From Bacteroidales bacterium (GTDB lineage Bacteria > Bacteroidota > Bacteroidia > Bacteroidales > NBLH01), in assembly GCA_050291445.1 (NCBI GenBank), contig JBNKJW010000052.1, positions 1,430 to 65,429 on the forward strand: a DNA stretch of 64,000 bases, read 5' to 3'. The first letter of the stretch is position 1, and every line of letters starts with the position of its first letter. Shown here in pieces: positions 9,596-18,581 of the stretch. The notes beneath the pieces are model-generated. The model was not told the origin of the DNA, made no database searches, and saw only the letters and a program-made list of their open reading frames with translations. The position numbers and the translations under genes were made by a program.

Positions 9596-10500
9596 CTTTT
9601 TAAATTTAAGTTAACAATTCATTGAGCGAAAATATCAATTTGAATTGCACAGCGGTCAATTTTGGGCAGTTTAATGATTGAAAAAACACAGCAAACGATT
9701 GCAGAGAGCAGATTTTTGACTCATAAAATTTCAAAATCTAATAGATACATCAAATTATCTGATTCTACGGTAATCTACCACAAAGTTCTTGTTGTTTTAA
9801 AAGGCATGAAGTGAGAAGCACGCATCGCTTTCGGCAAGCCTATGGCGACCGATGGTAGTAGAAAGAAAAATAATACAGAAATTATCTTTTCTTCCAACTT
9901 CAACCATTCTAATCGATTATTAATCAACAAATAAATAACTCTAGCGGTAAACAAGCAACTAATCAACAAATTTCATCAATAACATTAGTATTTAATGCCT
10001 AAAACTCATTAAATTTACTTATCAAATTGATGTTTGTATTACCCATGGCTATTTCTGACTCTATTGAAATTATTTCTAAAACGAATAAAGGACTTCATTT
10101 TAAAGTTAAAGTTTTTTGGAGTAACCAATTAATTGTGCAGCATGAAAAAGCTATTTTTGATGTATGGAAAAACGTTGTTGATAGTTTTGGCAGACAGAAA
10201 TTTATTTCTTTTTCTGACTTATCTGAATTTAAATCGACTTAAGAAAAAGGAAAAAAACTGGTTGCTAAACTCATAAAATACGTATAGTAGCACCACTTAC
10301 CATTCAGCGCAGATTGCCTTTTTGCAGTGGCAAAGGATGGCTGTATCTTCTAGTCAAACACAAAATAATAATATGCTCATTGGAAAAAGCCAGCAGCAGC
10401 AGCAGAATCATTATTCTTTTTTCACCCATTTCAAAAAAAAACGAAATAAAATTCCAACCTTAGTACCTTTTCTGTATCTATATAATAAACAAAGGTCAAA

Positions 10501-11034
10501 ATGACCTTATTTCAGATTTTAAAATTGAAGAACCAAAAGAACAAAACGGTAGAAGCGCTTTTTAAATCTTACGCTCGCGGAATGTATAACATCTGCCTCC
10601 GAATGACTGGGAATAAACATGATGCTGAAGATATTTTACAAGAAGCATTTTACCTGGCATTTGTGAATTTTAACAAATTAAAGAAGATTGAAAGCTTTGG
10701 TGCCTGGTTGAAAAAGATTGTTGTTAACAAATGTATTTCTTTTTTGCGCAAACAAATTCATTTTGTTGAAATTGAATCAACCAACCAGGAACTTTCAGAG
10801 AATGACGAAGATTGGATGCAGGAACTTTCAATGGCTGAAATTAACCACGAAATTCAGCAATTACCTGATGGTTGCAGGATAGTTTTCAACCTTTTTTTGC
10901 TCGAAAACTACTCGCACAAGCAAATAGCTGAATTGTTGGGCATTTCGGAATCTACATCTAAAAGTCAATACCACAGGGCCAAAAGTATTTTAAGAACTCA
11001 GTTAAAAAAGAAGTTGCGTTATGGAGAAGTTTGA
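10501..11034 (+). CDS. RNA polymerase ECF-type sigma-70 factor
   Basis: Region 2 (DAEDILQEAFYLAF ... WLKKIVVNKCISFLRK) and a region 4 HTH (YSHKQIAELLGISESTSKSQYHRAKSIL). 177 aa. Confidence 0.9.
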   Translation: MTLFQILKLKNQKNKTVEALFKSYARGMYNICLRMTGNKHDAEDILQEAFYLAFVNFNKLKKIESFGAWLKKIVVNKCISFLRKQIHFVEIESTNQELSENDEDWMQELSMAEINHEIQQLPDGCRIVFNLFLLENYSHKQIAELLGISESTSKSQYHRAKSILRTQLKKKLRYGEV

Positions 11035-11587
11035 ACATTTTTTTAAAGAGAACAGGCTACGATTGGATACAGAAAACCTTGATAACGAATCGTGGGCAAA
11101 CATTGAAAACTCATTGAATAAGCTCAATAGACGTAGTTTGTTTAGAAAAATGTATGTAGCTGCAAGTATTATTGTGATTTTGGGTTTAAGTTTCCTTCTG
11201 CTTCTCAACCAGACAAGCACAGAAACTCAAATTGAACATGCGTCTATATTTTCAGAAATCTCGCCCGATCTTGCCGAGCAGGAAGAGTCTTATATTCAAA
11301 TGGTTAACACCAGAATTAATAAAATAAAAACAGAAGAAGTTCCAAAAGAAAATGCAGCCTTATTTAATGAATTTATAAAACAATTAGAGGTAATTGACAA
11401 ACAATATGAATTATATAAACAAGAAATTGAAAAAACAGGGTACAATGATGAATTGATACAACAAATTATTTACAATTATCAGTTAAAACTTTCGGTTCTT
11501 CAAATGTTACAATCTGAAATTGATAAGATTAACAGACTTTCTAAAAAAAACAACAATGAAAAAAGAAAAATTAAATTGGATATATAA
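11021..11587 (+). CDS. putative anti-sigma factor (single-pass membrane protein)
   Basis: Overlaps the sigma gene by 14 nt. Short cytoplasmic N-terminus, one TM helix (MYVAASIIVILGLSFLLLL), and a coiled-coil-like extracytoplasmic part. Confidence 0.55.
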   Translation: MEKFEHFFKENRLRLDTENLDNESWANIENSLNKLNRRSLFRKMYVAASIIVILGLSFLLLLNQTSTETQIEHASIFSEISPDLAEQEESYIQMVNTRINKIKTEEVPKENAALFNEFIKQLEVIDKQYELYKQEIEKTGYNDELIQQIIYNYQLKLSVLQMLQSEIDKINRLSKKNNNEKRKIKLDI

Positions 11588-12890
11588 AGCAGTATTTGTA
11601 GCACTGATTGGTTTATTGACTGGCAATACCCTATTAGCCCAAACCATTGACAAGACTATTGAGAAAATAGCAGATATTGATGAAAATGTATTGATTAGTG
11701 TAAAAAATTCAAATTTCGATTTAAGTTATAAAACCTGGGATAAAAGCAAACTGAAGGTTGAATATACTATCCACATTGAAGCAAAAACAAATGAAGATTT
11801 GAATGAATTCCATAATGAATTGGAAAAGGAAATTGAAAAACAACTTACAGGCATTAATTCCGGGGAGGTAAATATTTCGTACCCTTTTAAAAAATATGTG
11901 CAAAATAACAACAAAGTAAAGATTGTCTTTCATAATAGCAGCAAGACTCATTACCTTACCAGGTTTAAAGCAAGCATTGTTATTTACGCACCTAAAAAAA
12001 ATGAATTAAACCTTTCGGGCAGCTTTTGCAAAGTAAACATAGATAACCTTGAAGCAAATGCTACCATAAAAATCAGCAGTGGTAAGCTTGAAATGGGGGA
12101 CTGTAAGAAACTAAAGCTACAATCAAGCTTTTGTAAAAACATGAAAGTAGGTAATGTAGTGGATGCCATAATAAAATTAAGCTCAGGAGGGATTTTCTTA
12201 AATGAAATAAAAAACAACCTTGAATTAAATGCAAGTTTCTCAAATTTTGAAGCAGCAAAAATTGGAGAAAATGCAACTGTTAAACTAAGTAGCAGTACAT
12301 TTCAAACATCTGACATAAAAGAACTTAACCTCGAAGGCAGCTTCATCAGGCGTTTTGTTGTCAATAATGTTGAAAAGGCGACAATAATTAAATTTAGTTC
12401 TTCGGAGTTCAGGGCACAAAACATTAAAAACCTGAACATTGAAAAGACCTCTTTTTCAACTTTCAGAGTAGCCAGTATTAATAAATTGATGGTTGAAAAA
12501 TCATCAAGTTCTAAATTTTACATAACCGCCGCCAACATTATAGATGCTCCACAATGCTCTTTTACAAACTTTTCAATAGGTCAACTAAAAAAAAGGTTTG
12601 TGACAAAATCGAGCAGTGGCAGCATTGAATTGGAAAACGTGGCTGAGGGCTTTGAAAAAATAAAAGTTGATGGACAATTTGTGAATATTAATATTGGAGT
12701 TGAACGAGGAGCAGGATACCGGATCAAAGTAGACCTGGAATTTCCTAATTTTAAATCTGAGCAAATAAACTTTGGCAAAAAAATAGATGAAGTGGACACC
12801 CAATATTTTGTTGGTTGGAAAGGTGATGATAAAGAGGCTTCATCAGAAATTGAATTTAATTGTAAAAGTTGTAGCATTAGGCTTGACTAA
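11556..12890 (+). CDS. secreted beta-strand-repeat protein (DUF4097 / putative-adhesin-like)
   Basis: Start chosen at MKKEKLNWIYKAVFVALIGLLTGNTLLAQ (signal peptide). The body is degenerate repeats of roughly 20-25 aa (xKLSSGxF..., LEGSF..., KSSSSKF...), suggesting a beta-helix. It is the third gene of the sigma/anti-sigma unit. Confidence 0.6.
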   Translation: MKKEKLNWIYKAVFVALIGLLTGNTLLAQTIDKTIEKIADIDENVLISVKNSNFDLSYKTWDKSKLKVEYTIHIEAKTNEDLNEFHNELEKEIEKQLTGINSGEVNISYPFKKYVQNNNKVKIVFHNSSKTHYLTRFKASIVIYAPKKNELNLSGSFCKVNIDNLEANATIKISSGKLEMGDCKKLKLQSSFCKNMKVGNVVDAIIKLSSGGIFLNEIKNNLELNASFSNFEAAKIGENATVKLSSSTFQTSDIKELNLEGSFIRRFVVNNVEKATIIKFSSSEFRAQNIKNLNIEKTSFSTFRVASINKLMVEKSSSSKFYITAANIIDAPQCSFTNFSIGQLKKRFVTKSSSGSIELENVAEGFEKIKVDGQFVNINIGVERGAGYRIKVDLEFPNFKSEQINFGKKIDEVDTQYFVGWKGDDKEASSEIEFNCKSCSIRLD

Positions 12891-13084
12891 AATTATTAAT
12901 GGAATCTTTTTCGAAAAGGCTGTCTCGAAACTTGATTTTGGACGTTGCATTTCGACAGGTGGTATACTAAGCACTTCGGCAAGCTCAGTATACCACTTGT
13001 CGAAGTGCTCAATGTCAATCAAATAAGCAACTTTCACCTACGGTGAGGGCTTCGCCGTTGATACAACCCCTAATAACTGACAAA

Positions 13085-13138
13085 AAATGCTAAGCATTAA
13101 ACTCACAACAGAAATATCATTTTTTGAAATAACACTAG
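13085..13138 (-). repeat. decayed fragment of the CTAG-bounded repeat family (A-module piece plus an X left end), abutting the next copy head-to-head
   Basis: AAAATGCTAAGCATTAAA (18 nt) is identical to part of the copy at 56928-56945. CAGAAATATCA...AACACTAG mirrors the X-module left end. The two copies share the palindrome CACTAGTG at 13133-13140. Confidence 0.4.
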
Positions 13139-13345
13139 TGTCAAGTCAAATTTGATATTTCTGGTAATCTGGAACTGTTTCAAAAGTCTTAAAAGTGAGG
13201 GTCATTGAGCTTGTCGAAATGCGCATCTTGTTGATTATCAGTATTCGCTTCGACAGGCTCAGCGACCAAAAGTTAGTTTTGATACAGCCCCTGATGCACT
13301 TTCCAGGTGTTGTCACCAGAAACATTAGCTTTGACATGACACTAG
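13135..13345 (+). repeat. MITE/REP-like element, X-module copy with about 150-bp internal insert
   Basis: The left end CTAGTGTCAAGTCAAATTTGATATTTCTGG and right end CCAGGTGTTGTCACCAGAAACATTAGCTTTGACATGACACTAG match the ends of the 81-bp copy at 43360-43440. The interior holds an imperfect palindrome, GGTCATTGAGCTTGTCGAAATGCG ... CGCTTCGACAGGCTCAGCGACC (13199-13268). Confidence 0.6.
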
Positions 13346-13389
13346 CAGCCAGAAGCAACATGAAAATCAACAAACAAATAAGCTTGGAA

Positions 13390-14151
13390 TTAAACTTTTA
13401 TCACCAGTCCATCATATGCAAACCGGACACTTAAAGGTAATTCTTTTTCTACTTCGCTGTGTAAACCCATTAAATGGCTAATATGAGTTAGATAAGCTTT
13501 TTTAGGTTTAATTTGCTCGATTACTTTTAATGCGCCTTTGAGATTATAATGCGAAATATGCTCTTCTTTTCTAAGAGCGTTAATTACCAATACTTTCGAA
13601 CCTTTTATTTTCTCAAGTTCTTCATCAGCAATAAAATTTGCATCGGTAACATATGTGAAATCATTAATTCGGTAGCCCAAAATTGGTAACTTGTAATGCA
13701 TTGCCCTGACTGGCACAATGGTTGTTTTATCAACTTTAAATATCTCATTTTCAATCAGATGCATATTCATTTCAGGAATTCCAGGGTATTTATATTTGGC
13801 AAAAACATAGGCATACTCTCGCTTTAAGGCTTCCTGTACACGTTTTTCAGCATAAATATCCATGGGTTTTTGCTGCACATAATTAAACGCACGGATGTCA
13901 TCCAGTCCTGCAATATGATCCTTGTGCTCATGAGTAAACAAAATAGCATTGACATTTTTGGCTTTCGATTGCAACATTTGTTGCCTGAAATCAGGCCCTG
14001 TATCAATTACCAGGGTTTGCTTATCTACCTCAATCATTATACTTGAGCGCAATCGCTTATCCCGCGTATCAAATGACTGACAAACCTCACAATCGCACAA
14101 TATCACCGGCACACCTTGTGATGTTCCAGTTCCTAAGAAAGTTATTTTCAA
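13390..14151 (-). CDS. MBL-fold metallo-hydrolase (PhnP-like)
   Basis: N-terminal FLGTGTSQGVP, an N-terminal Cys cluster (CDCEVC), and the HxHxDH motif (FTHEHKDHIAGLDD). Confidence 0.85.
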   Translation of the reverse strand: MKITFLGTGTSQGVPVILCDCEVCQSFDTRDKRLRSSIMIEVDKQTLVIDTGPDFRQQMLQSKAKNVNAILFTHEHKDHIAGLDDIRAFNYVQQKPMDIYAEKRVQEALKREYAYVFAKYKYPGIPEMNMHLIENEIFKVDKTTIVPVRAMHYKLPILGYRINDFTYVTDANFIADEELEKIKGSKVLVINALRKEEHISHYNLKGALKVIEQIKPKKAYLTHISHLMGLHSEVEKELPLSVRFAYDGLVIKV

Positions 14152-14277
14152 AATGTTTATTTTTTTTATTCCGATTATCCAAAACCAAAATGAAAACTCG
14201 GAGGTGACTCACAACACCTAAAGCTACAAAACTACTTATCACCAGCACTATACCCAAACTACGTAGTATGGATTTTA

Positions 14278-14979
14278 TTATTCATCTTCTTTGCATATAT
14301 CTATTCTTCGATAACTTTTTTCTTTCCAGCTTGTCAACTCATCAAATTTGTAAACACGTTCTCCCAGCCAACATATGCCTGCATGTACATATGTTGTCAA
14401 AGTTTTATTTTCTTTATTTATCTCTGATGGGAAAAATACCATTGAATCCGTTAAAAATTTATCTAAAATAAACTTTCGGTCTTTTGTTTGAACATAGTAA
14501 CTGTAAAGTGGCCCTCCATTTCCACCACAATTATTAATAATAGCAATATCATCTTTCTCATCAAAATTTAAATCGGCCACAACTATGTCACCGAAGTAAT
14601 TGTCAATTATTCGTCTATCTACTTTAAATTTTGTGGAGTATGAAGTCATACTATCGCAGCTTGAAAATATACTTGCAAAGTAAAAGAATGACATAATTGA
14701 AATACTGTCAAGCTTTGATTTTGAAATTTTATCTTTTAAAATAACTTTTATTAAACAAGAATCATTCTTTTTAATTGTGCTAGAAAATCTTTTGAAATCA
14801 ATTGATATGTCAAATTGATTTGAAAGGTTTACTTGTTCACAAATGGTTGTTGAATAAAGACTGTAATTTGCATTTTTTGAAAATTTATGCAGTAAATCAA
14901 ACATAGATTCATTTTCATGCCCTTCTTTTATTGAGCAGCTAAAAAGTATAATCATTAATATAAAGAATATTTGTTTCAT
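14278..14979 (-). CDS. hypothetical lipoprotein with FG-GAP/VCBS-like segment
   Basis: Start chosen at MKQIFFILMIILFSCS (lipobox). The segment GDIVVADLNFDEKDDIAIINNCGGNGGP resembles Ca-binding FG-GAP-type repeats. Confidence 0.55.
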   Translation of the reverse strand: MKQIFFILMIILFSCSIKEGHENESMFDLLHKFSKNANYSLYSTTICEQVNLSNQFDISIDFKRFSSTIKKNDSCLIKVILKDKISKSKLDSISIMSFFYFASIFSSCDSMTSYSTKFKVDRRIIDNYFGDIVVADLNFDEKDDIAIINNCGGNGGPLYSYYVQTKDRKFILDKFLTDSMVFFPSEINKENKTLTTYVHAGICWLGERVYKFDELTSWKEKSYRRIDICKEDE

Positions 14980-15027
14980 TTTAGTTGCAGATAACAAACA
15001 GCAGTTTTCACTTTGAATTTACATAAA

Positions 15028-16650
15028 TCAAAACTTCTCATCATACTTTGTCCACAGAAAATCGCCCAGTTTCCATGCCTCATCAACCACTTTATTGCCC
15101 CATTTATTGGTATAATTGGTTAAGAATTCAATTCGCTTTGCCAGCTTTTTTATTCCCAGGGCTTCTTTTTCTATATTTATCTGATTTTCAAACAGTTTAT
15201 CTTGTACAGGCAGCCATTTTTTATCCACATCGTGCCTCATATCGCCCCAACGTTGCACAGCCAGGGTCGATAAGCGATTAAATGCCCACCAGGCCGATTC
15301 ATGCGTAAAACCATTCACCCGACCAGGTGTTTTGTATGATTTTGGTAAATCGGTCACCCCACAATAAATAGGCACATAAACAGAAGTTGCGATGTTATCC
15401 TGTGCCATCCACACCAATCCACCTATTTCATCGGGCAACCAATCGCGTGATTGTATAATTGTGCCATACATGGTGTACCAACGGGCAATGGTGCGTTCTC
15501 CCAATTCGTCCCATCCACCATTGATTTTAAACAAATCATACATATCGTAAGGCATAAACGGGTTGGCAAATACCGAAATCATCTTTTTTCCATCCTTATC
15601 AAACGAAGTAATGTTTTTCACCATGTCAAAAGGAGTATTTTCGTAATAATCTTTGAAAAAACTCACCATTTTTTTAAGTGTGATTAGCGAATCGGGCTTT
15701 ACTGAAAACGGATAATCTTTATCGTTAGGATCCAACTTTAATGATGGAGCAGCCAGACTAAACACCCGCCATTCTCTCCTGCGTGATGCATATGAATTCC
15801 TGCTGGTTGGAGCATAAGCATAACAAAACTTAAAAGTTTCCTTATTTCCATCCCACCAGCCATTTTCTTTGGCTACTGAATAAATATTTTCAGAAGCCAT
15901 AAAATAATCAGGGTTATCCAAATCAATTTCTTTAATGGTGCTGGCATTTGCATTTATGGAAATATGATCGTCCGGAACACGTTGCGCAGCCCACACAGCC
16001 CCAACTTTATCTTTTCCTGGGCCAACAATTTCAAGGTGCCACACTTCCTTTGGATCAGAAATGGTCAAACACTCCCCGGCATCATTCCAGCCGTATGTCT
16101 TCATTAACTCACCTGCCATTTTTATTGCCTGGCGGGCGGTTGAGCATCTTTCAAGCATTAGCTGTGCCAATCGCTGGCAGTCAATCAGTCCTTTATTGGA
16201 TTGCAACTCTTCCCTCCCACCAAAAGTTGATTCACCAATGCCCAGTTGTTTGGTATTCATACAAGGATAGGCACTATTTAAAAATCCAAAAGTTGATTCA
16301 ACCTGCGGAATCTCTCCAATTTTGGTATGTTTATAAGCAGGCATGGCTTTTTCATTGTCTTGTGTGCGCTTAAACATTGGAGCCTTATCGCCTTTTTTGT
16401 ATTTTCGGGCAGGCTGAATATCCATCCATGAGCGTGTACGGTGACTATCATCTGTGTGCGAATTTATTACCGAGCCATCTGCACTTGCTTTTTTACCTAC
16501 GGTAATGGCAGTACACCCATCTGGTTGGTTGTTTACCCAATCTGTTTTATCTACCTGGGCATTGATTAAAATCAAGTTGGAAAAGAAAAACAATACTCCA
16601 ACCAGAAAATAATGTAATTTAGAAATCATATTGTCAGTTTTTAGGTTCAT
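15028..16650 (-). CDS. C69-family dipeptidase
   Basis: After the signal peptide comes the nucleophile context DGCTAITVGKKASADGSV typical of peptidase family C69. Length is about 540 aa. Confidence 0.85.
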   Translation of the reverse strand: MNLKTDNMISKLHYFLVGVLFFFSNLILINAQVDKTDWVNNQPDGCTAITVGKKASADGSVINSHTDDSHRTRSWMDIQPARKYKKGDKAPMFKRTQDNEKAMPAYKHTKIGEIPQVESTFGFLNSAYPCMNTKQLGIGESTFGGREELQSNKGLIDCQRLAQLMLERCSTARQAIKMAGELMKTYGWNDAGECLTISDPKEVWHLEIVGPGKDKVGAVWAAQRVPDDHISINANASTIKEIDLDNPDYFMASENIYSVAKENGWWDGNKETFKFCYAYAPTSRNSYASRRREWRVFSLAAPSLKLDPNDKDYPFSVKPDSLITLKKMVSFFKDYYENTPFDMVKNITSFDKDGKKMISVFANPFMPYDMYDLFKINGGWDELGERTIARWYTMYGTIIQSRDWLPDEIGGLVWMAQDNIATSVYVPIYCGVTDLPKSYKTPGRVNGFTHESAWWAFNRLSTLAVQRWGDMRHDVDKKWLPVQDKLFENQINIEKEALGIKKLAKRIEFLTNYTNKWGNKVVDEAWKLGDFLWTKYDEKF

Positions 16651-16751
16651 ACTTTAATGGCTTTTTATAAAAAGAATTAGTCATCAGTACTTTGTCATTA
16701 GATTTTCGACATTTAATGACCTATGTCTAATAACATTCAAAACATTAATGG

Positions 16752-17507
16752 TCAATTTGAATCATTCGCCCAAACACTTACAGCCCGACAAATTGTTTTA
16801 TCATCATTTGTCCGCCTGATTTCGTGCTTGTATTCGTACTGGTTTTGCGAACGCCCTGTTAAAATTTTCAAGTCATCATCCATCAATGCTTCTGCAAGGT
16901 AATTTATCTCAAAAGATTTTAACCTGAACTCGCTTCTAAACCCAATAGAAAAGGTATCTAAAATAAATCGTTGGTATTGGGTGTTATTTACGTGCTGCAC
17001 TACATCAAGGTCGCTGTATTTAACCTGATAGTGCTTCTCCGAGTTAACAAAGCCGGGGCCGTCTAGTTTTCCCAAATCCTCATCAATAGCAAGTTTATCA
17101 GGAAACATTTGTATGTTCATCGGAAAAGCATCGACAATTTGAGGCCTTTTTTTCTTAATATCAACCAGCATCCATCCGCTAATTGCTGAAATTAACACAT
17201 CACCTTGTTTTGATTTAATCTCAAAATCTCTCCTTGAAAAAAACTTTTCGCGGTTAACCACCCAAGTATCCAAAGTCAATTCATCGCCCCAAACCGGAAA
17301 TTTGTGAACAACTATTTTCATTCTTGTCAACACCCACAACATGCCCGATTTTAGCATATCCTGATAACCAAAACCATTTGCAGATGCATGATTTCCGGCA
17401 ACTTCCTGTAAATAACCGGCAAGACTTGTTAGATTAAGCCTTGCTTTGGTATCCATTTGGTATGAACGGACTTTAAAATATTCGGTATAAATATCTGATT
17501 GCTTCAT
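16752..17507 (-). CDS. acyl-[acyl-carrier-protein] thioesterase
   Basis: Double hotdog layout: N-terminal VRSYQMDTKARLNLTSLAGYLQEVAGNHA...GMLWVLTRMKI, and second half YQVKYSDLDVVQHVNNTQY. 251 aa. Confidence 0.85.
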   Translation of the reverse strand: MKQSDIYTEYFKVRSYQMDTKARLNLTSLAGYLQEVAGNHASANGFGYQDMLKSGMLWVLTRMKIVVHKFPVWGDELTLDTWVVNREKFFSRRDFEIKSKQGDVLISAISGWMLVDIKKKRPQIVDAFPMNIQMFPDKLAIDEDLGKLDGPGFVNSEKHYQVKYSDLDVVQHVNNTQYQRFILDTFSIGFRSEFRLKSFEINYLAEALMDDDLKILTGRSQNQYEYKHEIRRTNDDKTICRAVSVWANDSN

Positions 17508-17808
17508 ACAAACGCATTTTTTGAGGTAAAATTAGCTGATTTCAGGCGGGTTTTAAAATCAAATAAGCTTAAAAGTACACTACTCAAACAAAGATGTTTT
17601 TCGAAATAGCCCTAAGTGACTAACTATAAGACCAATACAATAAAAATGTGATTTTTTTCAAAAAAAAATGAAAAAAGGGGGTAACATTTTCGGGTTGAAT
17701 GTTATTAATAAGAAAAGAGAAGTTTTGATTAAGACATTAAAAAAATACTAAACAAACCAGTTTTACTAATAAACCAATCAAAAAGAACTTTCCCTTTAGT
17801 TGTTCCTG

Positions 17809-17852
17809 CCGGAAGTCTGGGCAGCCCCGCCTGGTTCTTCCGGACTTTTTTT
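17809..17852 (+). terminator. orphan terminator-like hairpin plus T-run (no annotated + strand gene upstream)
   Basis: CCGGAAG (17809-17815) / CTTCCGG (17837-17843) with a GC-rich 21-nt loop, then TTTTTTT at 17846-17852. The large loop makes it non-canonical. Confidence 0.3.
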
Positions 17853-17891
17853 ACCCGGCTAAACAAAAGAGCCCAGTTAAGGGTGTAAAAA

Positions 17892-18443
17892 TTAGAATGG
17901 ATAACTACTGTCATGAAAATCGACGCTTACAAGAAAGCTATAATCACCTTTTCCTCCTTTAAAAGTAAACCTGACCTTAATTTTCATTCCTTTATAGTTC
18001 TTCCAAACGGCTCTTATTACATCGTAACCCCAATGTCTTTTAACATATGGATCTACATAAGTTGTATCTCCCTCCTCCATATTATCGGCATCTCCATAAT
18101 AAGTTGTAAAATCAGTAATAATTTTCTTTGTAAGCTTTAAGCACCTATCAAAATTTTTCTGATTGACCATTTGGATATATTTCTGCAAATAAATCCACTC
18201 CAACCTACCTTTCTTAAATTTGTATGACCATGATACATCAAAACCCGAAACCCGAAATTTTTCAGAAAAAGTAACCTCATCCTCGTAAATTTGACGGGGC
18301 ATCTTCGGATATTCTTTCTCAAATTCGGTTAATGTTGTTCCAATAACAGCTTTGGGCTGTGCTAATATTTTTGTCATAGTAACTGCTAAAAACAATGCGA
18401 AATAAACTTTTGCACTCATTTTCGTCAATAAATGATATTTCAA
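17892..18443 (-). CDS. hypothetical secreted protein
   Basis: 183-aa ORF with a signal peptide (FALFLAVTMTKILAQP). No family recognised. Confidence 0.55.
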   Translation of the reverse strand: MKYHLLTKMSAKVYFALFLAVTMTKILAQPKAVIGTTLTEFEKEYPKMPRQIYEDEVTFSEKFRVSGFDVSWSYKFKKGRLEWIYLQKYIQMVNQKNFDRCLKLTKKIITDFTTYYGDADNMEEGDTTYVDPYVKRHWGYDVIRAVWKNYKGMKIKVRFTFKGGKGDYSFLVSVDFHDSSYPF

Positions 18444-18531
18444 GCCAAAAGTAACAGGATGCTAAAATATTAAATTTACGTTAAATTTACATTAATTTAA
18501 CACAAACTAATGCATTGTAGCAGTGTTAAGC

Positions 18532-18556
18532 AAAAAAAATCCCGGATCAACCGGGA
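18532..18556 (-). terminator. Rho-independent terminator of the alpha-oxoamine synthase gene
   Basis: The minus strand reads TCCCGG-TTGAT-CCGGGA followed by T8 (plus-strand A-run at 18532-18539), 26 nt after the stop at 18582. Confidence 0.65.
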
Positions 18557-18581
18557 TTTTACTTTATATGGAATTCTGTAT

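Noticed and set aside
10027-10242. 71-aa TTG-initiated ORF, and the 60-aa ORF at 10322-10504
   Set aside because: There is no ATG start and no recognisable family. The second is a low-complexity Q-run from (CAG)5. Both are kept only as a note in the gap finding and are not called as genes.
12843-13037. 64-aa GTG-initiated minus-strand ORF in the gap after the beta-repeat gene
   Set aside because: It overlaps the 3' end of the upstream CDS and is built from the hairpin and palindromic repeat units of that intergenic region. It is most likely a translation artefact of the repeats.
15948-16373. 141-aa ORF on the plus strand, and other long ORFs such as 23819-24175, 24482-24811, 26203-26550, 31717-32073, 47752-48105, 48664-49041, 52885-53205 and 22482-22793
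   Set aside because: All lie antisense to, or out of frame within, strongly supported genes (C69 dipeptidase, cysN, permease, cysQ, PPTase, sensors, antiporter, cysD). Their composition is odd, with no recognisable motifs. They are shadow ORFs.
17790-17890. Possible SRP (4.5S) RNA, because of CCGGAAG and a GC-rich stem in an AT-rich gap
   Set aside because: On neither strand can the GGAA be placed as a central tetraloop closed by the conserved helix-8 pairs. The 5' and 3' ends also do not pair as required for small SRP RNA.
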